64,000 bases of DNA from the NCBI GenBank assembly GCA_002633005.1, contig NMRA01000149.1, positions 140,066-204,065 on the forward strand, given 5' to 3'. The notes beneath the pieces are model-generated. The model did no database searches and was not told where the DNA came from. It saw nothing but the letters and a program-made list of their open reading frames with translations. Shown here in pieces: positions 38,098 through 50,000 of the stretch. Position 1 is the first letter of the stretch. Each line of letters starts with the position of its first letter. The translations under genes were made by a program, and so were the position numbers. Source of the DNA: Phoronis australis (Eukaryota > Animalia > Phoronida).

Positions 38098-41000
38098 ATG
38101 ACATCGACAGCAAGTGCTTATTTAGCCGAACAACAGAAGAAGGCTAGCGGTGATATAGCTACGCAGTGGTGTGCAATTGAAGATCTATACAACCGAAAGT
38201 ATGTCTATTAGACCTTAACTGTTCTAGTTGTGAGGTTCGGTTGAAAAATTTAGTTATAAGTTCGCTTCGGGTTTGGGATCAAAGATACGTACGTGCGGTG
38301 AATCAGCAAAACATGCAGTGTGGTAGAGTTCAGTTATGTTCATTGATTAACAGAACATATGTCGTTATCACATTATAATTGGTCATAACACCAATAGTGA
38401 CGCATAAAGGGAAAAACAGTCGTTTTATGTTACCTTTAGTGAAAATACAGATCCATGACCTGGACCTGGGTTGCCGAAAATTGAGCTCAGTGACAGTGTT
38501 AGTGCTTTTAGCTGGTTAGTATAGTACCACCGTCTCAGTTGGCCCCAGTAGAGATGGTGGACATCCCATAGGGCCCCCATACACTGGAAGCTTTTCAGAG
38601 AATTATGCCTCTCACTGATTACACTATCAAGAATCTGTCGTAATAGCCGAGATTGCTCGACCTCGGGAATCGAACCAGCGACCCCGATTTAACCGGCGAG
38701 CGTGCTAACCATTCAGCTAATAGGCAATTGCCCATTAGCGAGTGGCTAACAGAGGCTCATATGTGATTCACCGGAAGCACTTTCACAACATTCCCCCCTT
38801 TCCTATCAACAAGCACGCCATCAGCCAACTAGGTGTACCTTACATTATGCCTGTACACATAGTGTACCTAATTATCGGACGGAACCTAAATATCGGACAT
38901 TTCATAGAATCTTACTTGAAGCATAATCTGAGAATTAAATGACACCAATTTTTGTTCCGTTGTAATGCATTCAATGTCCGGCACAGTCTCGTTTTTTTAC
39001 AGCGTTGCCTCGTTTTGATTTCACCGAGAGAGGGTGCAATTTAGACACCCAAGTCGGCCTAAAATGGACGATCGCATAAATCGGTTATAAAAGTTGAAAA
39101 TAAAATCTTTTTCCACAATGAAACCATCTCATTGAACTGACAATATGTCACTATTCCATTGTTTCGTTTGTTTTTAAACTCAAGTCAAACCCCGACCGCG
39201 CACGAGCGGGTGTCATATCAAGAAGCCTTAGTGATACTAAAAACTGCAGTGAGTTTGCACGTGCTTTAGTCGTCTGCACTAATTCATCGAAACGACTTGG
39301 CGCCGTCTTCAGATTTCATTTCATGGATAATTTTGTTGCGAATGGACCTCGGTTCTAGCAGCATATATGTCAAAACACTCGAGCTGAAATTTGGCGACAA
39401 GGTGCCCGCGGCCATTACGTGGTTATTCAGTTTTCCGCGGTGTGGCGTATGGAGAAACATGGTGTCCGATATTTAGGTTCTCCGAAGGTTTGGTTGTTGT
39501 GTTTTTTGACGATCAGTCGGAACATAAATGTAGCTTTGAGTGACAAGATATAGTAACAGAACAATTCCGTGAAGGTAAATCTTTATTTCAGCAAAGAATT
39601 TACAACAATCCGTAATATTTTCAATTAAATATAATGCAAAATGAGCCAAAACGTCCGATAATTAGGTCACTTGACTGTACATGCACCTTACACCATGCCT
39701 GCACACGTACCTTACATTATGCCTGTACACGTACCTTACACCCTGTCTGTACATGCACCTTACATTATGCCTGTATATGCACCTTACATCATGCCTGCAC
39801 ATGCACCTTACATTATGCCTGTACCCTACCAACAAACGTGCTGTCTCAGGACCCAGGGTCTATGAAGTGCTTCATCGGTATATCATCCGTTTGCCGACTA
39901 CGCCAATTGTCGTAATAGCCGAGATTGCCCGACCTCGGGAATCGAACCAGCGACCCCGATTTAACCGGCGAGCGTGCTAACCATTCAGCTAATAGGCAAT
40001 TGCCCGTTAGCGAGTGGCTAACAGAGGCTCATACGTGATTCACCGGAAGCACTTTCACAACAAATCTTTATTTAATGTCATTCGAAGAACAGATTAACAT
40101 TAGCCAGTTGGGCCATTTCTCCGACATTAAATTTAACAGAAACATGAAGAAAATGGAACTTAAGCTAAAGGTGAACACAGAGATGCACACTTTATAATGA
40201 CATCCCCAACTCTTCCCAGATTGAACAAATACTTCCGTGATCAAACTTTTTTGAACAGTCCATCATTCAGTTGCCCAAATCAGCAACTAGCTATTTTTAC
40301 CCTGTTTGTGCCATGGGATATGACATCATACATGGGATATGACATCATATCCCATGATATAATTTCAAGATAACATCCACTAAAGCAGTTGCCAACAACT
40401 CTGTGCTCACTCAAACCGTCATTTTCACTGAGGCCTTGGAGACATATTTTTGCAGTTAGAACTTATGAAACTTGGTCAAACAGGAAAATTCAGGGTCCTC
40501 ATCTCAGAAAATCGTTAAAACAGAGTTTTGAATTGCAAGAGTTGTGTGACCTGGAATCTGTGCGTGCGAGGTGGATTTACAAAGCTGGGATTTTGACTAG
40601 GTTGCAAACAGCGACCTTAAAAATTGTCATACTGTCGAGGACTGACACGTGTGGTTCTTTTGGAGTAGCAGAAAACTAAGAAATGTCCTATAATCAGTGG
40701 AAAAGAAGTGTGCCTTTTTGTACCAAATTTACATCAATTATCTCGTATAATCTTGTCGTACATATCACAGTGTAGTTTTGCTCTACTCAAGTGACTTCCG
40801 AATGTGATGTACAGTCCCTTTAAGCCTTTCCAAACTGCTTGCTAATCGGCAGTTACTTGTAGATAAGGTTCTGTTAACCTGGCTTCTGAGCAGTTTTTGA
40901 CCTGAGAAATGTGACTTGCTTACTGCACTGACACGATTTCAAGTTTGTTCTCCAACCAAGGATTAGTAACCCATTCACTTTTCACACCAACTGACCGTCT

Positions 41001-44000
41001 GTTTTCTTGATCTGGGAAATTAAACTCACAAATGCAGCACTATTGCCATGCACATGTTAAAGCCCGTTCACCTATTCGAAAAAATGATTTTTTCATAGAA
41101 TTTTTGTTCCTAAATTAAATTTCATATTGGTTCATGTACCCAAGCTTCACTTACTGTTGCGGGCAGGTGACAACCCTGTCTGTGCATGTCTGTGCATGTC
41201 TGTGCATGTCTTTAGTTGTGTGTATTTACCTATACTTCCTGCTGTTCATTGATGTGATACTCAATACAAGTCAGTGTCTACCATTTTATCACAGACAAGC
41301 GAGACTTCACTCGCATATTTAAAAGATTGGTCTCCTCATATCACTCTTATGTGTTTCACACATAGGTATATATACTTACTTGTTTCACACATAGCTATAT
41401 ATACTTACTTGTTTCACACATAGGTATATATACTTACTTGTTTCACACATAGGTATATATACTTACTTGTTCATTAATGTAGAGCTACACGTATATATAC
41501 TTACTTGTTTCACACATAGGTATATATACTTACTTGTTCATTAATGTAGAGCTACACGCATATATACTGTTTCACACATAGGTATATATACTTACTTGTT
41601 TCACACATAGGTATATATACTTACTTGTTCATTAATGTAGAGCTACACGCATATATATACTGTTTCACACATAGGTATATATACTTACTTGTTCATTAAT
41701 GTAGAGCTACACGCATATATACTGTTTCACACATAGGTATATATACTTACTTGTTTCACACATAGGTATATATACTTACTTGTTTCACACATAGGTATAT
41801 ATACTTACTTGTTTCACACATAGGTATATATACTTACTTGTTTCACACATAGGTATATATACTTACTTGTTCATTAATGTAGAGCTACACGTATATAAGT
41901 AACACGCATTACTAATTCTTGTTACAGACACAGCATCATAGGTTAAAGCCCATGCATCTGAATACATGTACATACCGTAAACAAGGTTTATGAATGATTA
42001 CATTGTAGTTAATTGTCAAAAAAGTAAACTGTTTAATCATGTTCAATATTGATTTCATTAAAACTGAATTTGTCTGGTTTTCTTGATAGCAGCAACCAGT
42101 TTCAGAAATATTGCACCATCGAAATAAGGTAATAAATGAGCAACTTTAAAATTTACTTCAATTAGTGTATGTACGTAACACATTTTGAGTGAATGGAATG
42201 CCCTTATTTCAGTTTTAGTAACTGCAACTCGCACGTTACTCATTCCAGATTATGGCATCAGTTAACTTTACGCCTTCTCACCTTCATCAAAGAACCATAC
42301 TTCCAACAGGGGGATGCACTGCTACAAGTAAGTCTACACCTTAAAAGCTCCGTCCAACTTCATATTTGCCAATGATTTGATTCAATGGTCCTTCAATATG
42401 GGTTGGTTATTGCTATCCATAATTACACATGATAACATGATTTATTCCATGTCTGCTAACTTGAGTTATTCAACTGTGAAGTTTGCCACCTTGGCTTGAT
42501 CTAATTATCACTAAGTGGAATTAATCAGTGGCGGATTTAGAAAAGGGTCGTGCCCCCAAAATTCTCCCAGTTTCCATTTGGCAGTTCGGGTGTGCGAATG
42601 TCTGACAGGCAAAATCTTGGCGAACATTGCCCTGGCCCTCCTTAACTCAAAATCTTGGATCTGCCCCTGCTAATTTTATACCCCATGTGAAAGGTTCGGG
42701 ATTAGTAATTTACAGGTGAAGACACCTTCTTTCTATTTTTTGAAGAGACAGGTTTGGTACTTTATTAGAACTGGTACATCATACAACTTGCAAGTTGCTA
42801 GCTGTAAGCTGTAAGCTTCTAGATGCTACCATTTTCAACTGGTGGCCAAATGATGTCGGCATTTCAGCGATTACTATTTATATCAAGTGCTTTTCTTTCC
42901 ATTTTGTTTTCTCTGAGCGCTGCATCGAAAGTGTTCCTTATTACATTCTTTGGTGAATTAGCTTAATAAACAATTTAAACAACATAGCTGGTAAGTCATT
43001 AATATTGTATTAAGTTTTTTGAACTGTTATTTCCTATCATTTTGTTTTCAGATGTATAACAATTTTATCGCTGACTTTGAACACAGGTATGTCTCAACTG
43101 GTTACGTACTAGAAAACTAATCTGAACTCAAATAAAGAATGATTTCTGGGCCAGGAAAGAAGTAACAGTGAAGTTGTGCTTGAGACTTTGCTCAGTGCAT
43201 AAAGTGATGCATCGTGAAAAGCCAACCTTTCTAGTCTGATCTTGAGCAATAACAAATTGCTCATTCTCCCGAAGCCCAGGAATCACCTAATCTAAGTGTG
43301 TAACAAACTGAGATGATATTTACATATGTAAATTGGAAGTTAGTTTTACGACGGTAGAGTCGCGCGATTTTCGGAAGCTGAAAATTAATTCCAGTTGAAA
43401 AAATTCATTCTTGGACGAATCTCGCGAAACATCATTTTTGTATTTTTGTGGTGTCCGAATTTGGCAGACCTCCAAATTTGGGTTTCCGTTAGTGTCCGAA
43501 TTTTGTGGGTGTACATTATTTCGATGAGCGGTCGTAGTATCAACATCGCTGGCGCGGTTTAGCAGTATAATTGCAGGTCAATGATACTCCAATGGTCTGC
43601 ATGATTAATTTTTGAAAATATGGCTTTCCCAATAAGGAATGTGGGCTGTCGACGCACAAAGACTGTTCCCGACAAGTGTTGGTTCTTCTTTTCAAAGATG
43701 CGCTTTCTCAATATGAAATATTTGGCTTGCATTGCCGATGCTCAAAGACCATTCTCGGCAAGTGACGGAATCTTTTCAAAACTGCGCTATCGCACTTAAA
43801 ATATCAGGCAGCGTTGTGAAAAGTCTTCCTGGTGACAAATATGGGCTTTCCAATGAGTGGGTCTGGTTTGAGTTGTTTGACGCACATGAAACGTTGCAGA
43901 CAACTGATTCTCTTTTGTAAAAATGTGTTTTCTCAATAAAAAATGTTGAGTTTGCGCTGTAAACCCACAAAGAGCGCCTCGATAGGTACTTTTTTAATAT

Positions 44001-47000
44001 GGTTTCCCAATAAAAATCTGCACTTACGTATTCGACACACAAAGAGGGTTCCCAACCATCAAAACGCTTTCTCAATTTTAACGGATTTTGCATTAAACGT
44101 AACAGTAATGGATGTGAAAACGAATTCAGTGAAGAAAGTGGTGAACAATGATGGGAACATAGCATATATTTATGTTTGGTAAATATATCCATGCATTGTC
44201 TGCTGGTTACAAACCGAAACGCAAGTTAACTCTGACACGTATATTTCCATACTAACTGAAAGCTCAGTTTCAACATGAAAACTTCGAATGAACAATTACC
44301 CAAAATAGATTACAAAGACAATCATGATAGTAAAATGAGTAGTTTCTCATCGAGTCGTGATCCCCATTTGTCATCCTGGTAGTCATCTGAATTGTTGAAG
44401 AAGCGCTGTCGTTCTACATGTTTAGACCTACTGCAAACGATGGGGAATGCGTCGACTAGTACGGTTGTCACCAGTTTAGCGCCGTCCACGGTCGTCACCA
44501 ATTTCGCGCAGCTCAGTCTCCCTTAGTCACTACTAATTTACGCCATAACTCCCCCCCCCCACAAGCTAAATGCAAGACAATCGAGTAACGGTCGTGACAT
44601 CGTCAAGACGAAGGTGAAAATTACAAAGTCCGTTACACCGATTCTCGGATTCAAGCCTTATAGAGAAGTAATCATCCGTTGAACGCTTTAGTGACATGGG
44701 AGTTGCGTCGATCCCAAATTAGCGTTTCTAAAATTGTCTTTGTCCGAAAGTTGCGGACAAAAATCTGACGTTTATGACATTATCTGAAATTCGAGGATCG
44801 TTGAAAAACAGTTTTTGGATCTTGTACGAATTTCATGGACTATGAAAAACTCATTTCGGAAATATTTATTCTTGGTCGAAAATGGCGGGCCGTCCGAAAA
44901 TTGGGCGACTTTACTGTAGTTGTGTGCCTGTTTAACCTTGGAAGTTTTCTGAACCTTGATGTCTTCTTTTTGTGTAATTAATACGTTTACGGATATAAAG
45001 TGGTGTCATTTCGTGAGATTTAGGGAAAGTAATTCTATTACTTTTTCCGCTAAAATTTTAATTAAAAAGTTGCATTGGGACACCATTTACCCAGTATTCT
45101 GAATTCTACCAAAATTTGCTTGGGCTAATAGTGGGAAATTTAATTCATAAGTTACTACGTTTTGATTACTCAATTAACATTCTGATCGCATATGTAAAAT
45201 AAAACCGCAGCTGTAAAAGCATGCACAGTATTGCACTGTGTGGTTCCTCTTCCAATGCTTGTCTATAGCAGCAACAAAAATGCTGGTATTCCGGTAATCC
45301 TTAGGACATGCCAAATTGTGGAATTAATCCAGTTAATTTTTCCTGAAATATTTGTAGTATTTCAAAATACATGGAAACATAGCTATTGATTATTGATTAC
45401 ATTGTGGTAGTTACATTTGTTGTTTTTTTCAGGATAAATCAGCTAGCACTGGTCGAGTTGGTTGTGTTTGTGGTTGGCCAAATTCAAGGTAAGAAAGAGG
45501 AATTCAAAAGAAAAAAGGGTGTCAGGGGAGAGGGGTAGATAGGAAGATGGGTAGATCCATTGATGTTAAGACTCTTGATACAAGATTTAGTACTGTTGTC
45601 TTATAGTGATGAAGAAGTTGAATTATTTCAGGTTTGTGTGCATCTGTTGGAATTCAAATTGACAACAAAGTAAGAATAACTACATTGTTACCGTGAGAGA
45701 GTGTCATGTTGTTATCGGTTTGAAAAAAGACTTTTGAGTTTCGAACTATCGTAGTAAAGATATTTGTTTTCTTTATTGTGTCGCTCAGATGTCAATTATA
45801 TGCATTCAAATCTAATGTCATTGACTGTCACAGCAGTATATGAAGCTGTACCTTTGGACCTTTCATTCTCAGCTGACTTGCTTCAGTAACTGAGCTCACA
45901 GAGAATGTTAATTCTCTGTTAATGACACAACAGATGTCATCTACTAGTTTTTTTTTCAGAGCCAACAGAAGCCATAGCGTTCCTAGAAAAAATACAAGAA
46001 AAAGTAAAGAACACAAAAGAAGCTAGCATCCTGTGTCTTACAGCCATAGGCATGGTGAAGATAAAACAGAGAGACTTAGAGGGAACAAAGGTATGTCATG
46101 AATGGTTGAAGTGACCTGTTGATAACTGTTCACCTGTGATTAGCACTTGGAATTTTACTCTTTAAAGAGGATTTTCTATTTTTTGATTTCGATTTCCTCT
46201 TATTTTATTTCCAGTTTGCTCTTTTTGTGTCTCTCTTTTTTAGCATTATTTTGACTTTATTCATGCAAAAACGTTTATTTCAGTTAAATTTTACAACACA
46301 AAAGCTATTTGTATCACACAAGCCTACTTATTTATGAAAGGTTTTCCTCTTTTCGTCATTGGTCATTTCAAGCCTTGTGTTATAGTGTTCTCAGCAGCAA
46401 TATTCAGTAAATATTCTGTATTGTTAGGGAACAAAACAGTAAACATTCAAATATAGGTGATATCAGGTCAGATGGACCTTGGGTGGGCAATATTAAACAT
46501 TGAAATATGGGTGATATCAGGTCAGATGGACCTTGGGTGGGCAATATTGCCTTAGGGTGTCTTATTACATCACCATTGATGCTTCTTCACTCTAATATTT
46601 TCATCTGTTATTAGATTAGCTTGTCCTTTCTTGCTATGGTGTACTTACATTGTCTGCTCGCTAGTGGTCAGGGTGTGTGTTCTGTACAGCAGCTGACTGG
46701 TCAGAAAATGAATAGCGATATTTGACCTCCAAACAGTATCAATGAAAAGTGATATTACGGTTCCACACTGAGGTTGTCAATATTACTCTTTTCTTAAGTC
46801 GGCATACCGCGTTTTAGCCAATCAGAGGACAGAATTATGAGTGGTCATGTGATAATACTCACTATCCTGCCTGGACTGAAGTCAAATCTAGTTTAAAGAG
46901 TCCCAAGACAACATGTCATTACATACACTAGACAGTACTCAATGGATATGTCACCATCAGATGAATGATAATAGTTACTGACATTTCAGTTGGAATGTTG

Positions 47001-50000
47001 AGAGAAGACAGAATTACATTTGCAACATGTCAAAGCTATTCATGCCACAATATGTAGGACTTGAGCAGTGAAGTGGTGATTACTGTCACATTAATGCTCT
47101 TAGTTTTGTGCTGTTTCTTGTCACAGTGGACTATTTATCTAAAAAGTTTGTTTTTTGTTGGCTGTTTTAACTCTTAAAGAAGTCTTGCTTAAAGAAAGGA
47201 CCAAAATGTTAATAAAATCTGACCTCTTTTCAAAACATCTTGTTCATGCTGAGAGCTTTACCAAACACATTTCTTATTAGCTTGGTTTGAACAGTAAACC
47301 TGTCAACAAACAACAGTTGTTTTTTTTGCATTTGTAGCTTTGTATTAAAGACTTCAAAATTTAGAAACTGTAGTTTTATCAATTTTTTGTCCAATATTGA
47401 AACATTATGACAATAAAATGCTGATCAATGTAATGCTCTCTCTTGTTTCAGACTATTTTAGAGCAGGCGCAGACTCAGTTAGATGACCTGGACGGCATCA
47501 CTTCTGTCCACTCCCGCTTCTATGAGCTGTCCAGTAATTATCACAAGTTGGTGGGTAATCACGCAGAGTACTACAGGGAGGCACTGAGGTACCTTGGATG
47601 TTTGGACCTGTCTACACTACCAGGTGAGTCTTTCATGTTGAGGCGAGTGTGGCTGGGACAAAAATCTAAATCCTTATTTCTTGTTTTCTTTGCCCTGGTG
47701 CTTTAAGCTGAATTTCACCCTGTTTAGCTGGCTAAAAACAAAAATGGAATTCGGCCTTTTATTCTCATAAAATTGATCTCGTAATATTCTACGGAGATAA
47801 GATTTTATTTCTGTTACCAACAAGAACATCGAAACCATCACAAAATTTTTCCGCTTTAATGTTAGCGCTGGTTATGTCTCAGTTCTGAATATTGAACCCA
47901 GTGCTATCTTAACAAAGGAATGTTTTGCACAGTGCTAATTAGATCGAGCTGAAATTGCAATTAAAACGTGACGCTCTAATAGATTGAGGTGGCAATGATG
48001 ACTGTTGCTCTTGAAGCAGTCAATAAACTCCATTCAGTTCATGACTTTGTCATGTGTAATAAGGAACGCTAACTTGCCATATTAAAAAAAATGAAGGTAT
48101 CCACCTGACAAGCATGGAACATGCTTTTCAAAATGGTGCTGAAGGGGCTAAAAAACTAGTTAAATAATGAGCTTGATTAGCATATTTTTATTTCACATTT
48201 AAAGCAGAATGTTGAATGAAAGAGTACCTTCAAAGATGGATAATGCCAGAGATAACAAAGCCAGTTCAACTAATGTTTGGTTAAACTGGAAATTTTTGGT
48301 GAAGTTTGCATTATTGGCCATTTTAGGAATTTTGCCAATATTTTCTACGAAATCCTGTTTTGTTTTCAGTGCCAGAACAGTTGGAGCGAGCCTACAATAT
48401 AGGTCTTGCTGGGCTTCTAGGCAAGGGAGTCTATAACTTTGGTGAACTGGTAAGTGCTGCCATCTATAGGTGGCAAACAAGGGCTGTAAAAACTGGTCTT
48501 GATTTAATGGTTGTGATGTGTGGAGGCAGTGTGACCTAGTGGCGGAGTTTTTGCCTTCAAGTCTAAAAGTCGTATGTTCACATCCCACTAGATGGCACTG
48601 CTGAGTAAGGTCTGTTCCAAAGCTCACTTTCTATATATCATTTCTCATGTGCAATAAGCATTGTGGTGTAATATATACTGTATCGTTGTAAGCTGCCTGT
48701 GTGTTAGAGGACCATGTTGTTAATTAGATTTTGGATAATGCGTGTAATATGTCCTGTGTAAATAAAGTGTGTAATTAAAATATCAATAGTAACCAGTTTG
48801 TGTTAGCTATATTGTCAATGTCCTCAATTCTTAGGTAATAAAACACAACATATCTGAAAACATGTAATTGGGTACTCTCATCTATGCTTTTGGAAATAGC
48901 AGGAAATATTTGGACAACAGCTAATTAACATATTAACTTATAGCAACAGTACTGTGCTGTAGAGTAGTTAAAACAGTTGAATGGTTGCTGAGGTTTTTGC
49001 TAGTGGAAGAATGGTCAAATAAACTAACATTTACTTTAGACCTATTCCCACTAGACAATCGTTATCTACTTGTTCCTTACTCAGATGTGGAATTGTGTCT
49101 GGGCTGACGAAGAACTGGTAGTGCTTGAAATCCTAAAATGAGCCGCTGTGACAAGTGAACTTATAGAGCCTGATCTCAAGCAGTAATGATCTGCAAGTTG
49201 TTCCCATGACTTAGAACCACTCGACATCTGAATAAGGGACAAGTTAAGACCAGTTTTAGAATTGATAAGTGCCCTTAAGCAAAAGGTAATTTTTGGTGGA
49301 AGGCGTCTTTGTAGCACCTTAAGAGTTCTGACAAGTATTTTAGTTGACGCGATGTACTTTTGGTAGATAGAAGGGCATAAAATACAATTTCTCAAATAGA
49401 AGTCTTCAGACTTATTTTCACACCATTTTAACTGAAATAGTATCGTAACAAGTGAATCTGATGTCAAGTCTTTCTGAGTGAAACTGCACTACAGTTTTCA
49501 AAGTAAACTGGATAACATCAAACTGACAATGTCAAAGTCTGTGTTTTTAACTCTTTTCTGCAACTTAATCTACGTGTGTTGAACTGTAGTTAAAAGAACT
49601 AGTGGCATGGTGCAATGATGTCTTAATTTTGATATAGCAATGTTCTTTCACAGACACGAAACTTTGGTCTCATTGCCAACTTATTCTGGCACGACGAGCA
49701 TCAAACTTGGCCATGCTTTACCAATATTATGCTGAAGTCTGGTCAGTCTATTTTAAACTCTACTGTGTTGCTGATGTTGTGAAGCTGAAAAATTTTTCAA
49801 TTAGTGATTTCCTTGTGGCTGTGCTGTGACTTTCATCTCGTTGACATCTCCATTCCAGCTAGCCCACCCTATCCTGGACTCCCTGAAGGGATCTGAGAAA
49901 GCTTGGCTTGTTGAATTGCTGCTTGCTTTCAACTGTGGCAACCTGACCAAGTTTAATAACTTAAAGCCTTACTGGTCCACTCAGGTGGGTGGTCTCTCTC

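Larger units (their letters stand above)
38636..40062 (-). mobile_element. Non-autonomous LTR retrotransposon (TRIM) with tRNA-like Pol III promoter inside the LTRs
   Basis: Two 155-bp direct repeats at 38636-38790 and 39908-40062 (3 mismatches) with TGT...ACA ends and a 4-bp TSD AATC. On the minus strand: PBS TGGCGTAGTCGGCA (39905-39892) 2 nt after the 5' LTR, and PPT GATAGGAAAGGGGGGAA (38807-38791) abutting the 3' LTR. Each LTR carries A-box TAGCTGAATGG and B-box GGTTCGATTCC. Confidence 0.92.

Noticed and set aside
38655-38725. tRNA gene on the minus strand (and its copy near 39930-40000)
   Set aside because: A and B boxes are present but there is no proper acceptor or anticodon stem; it is part of the LTR.
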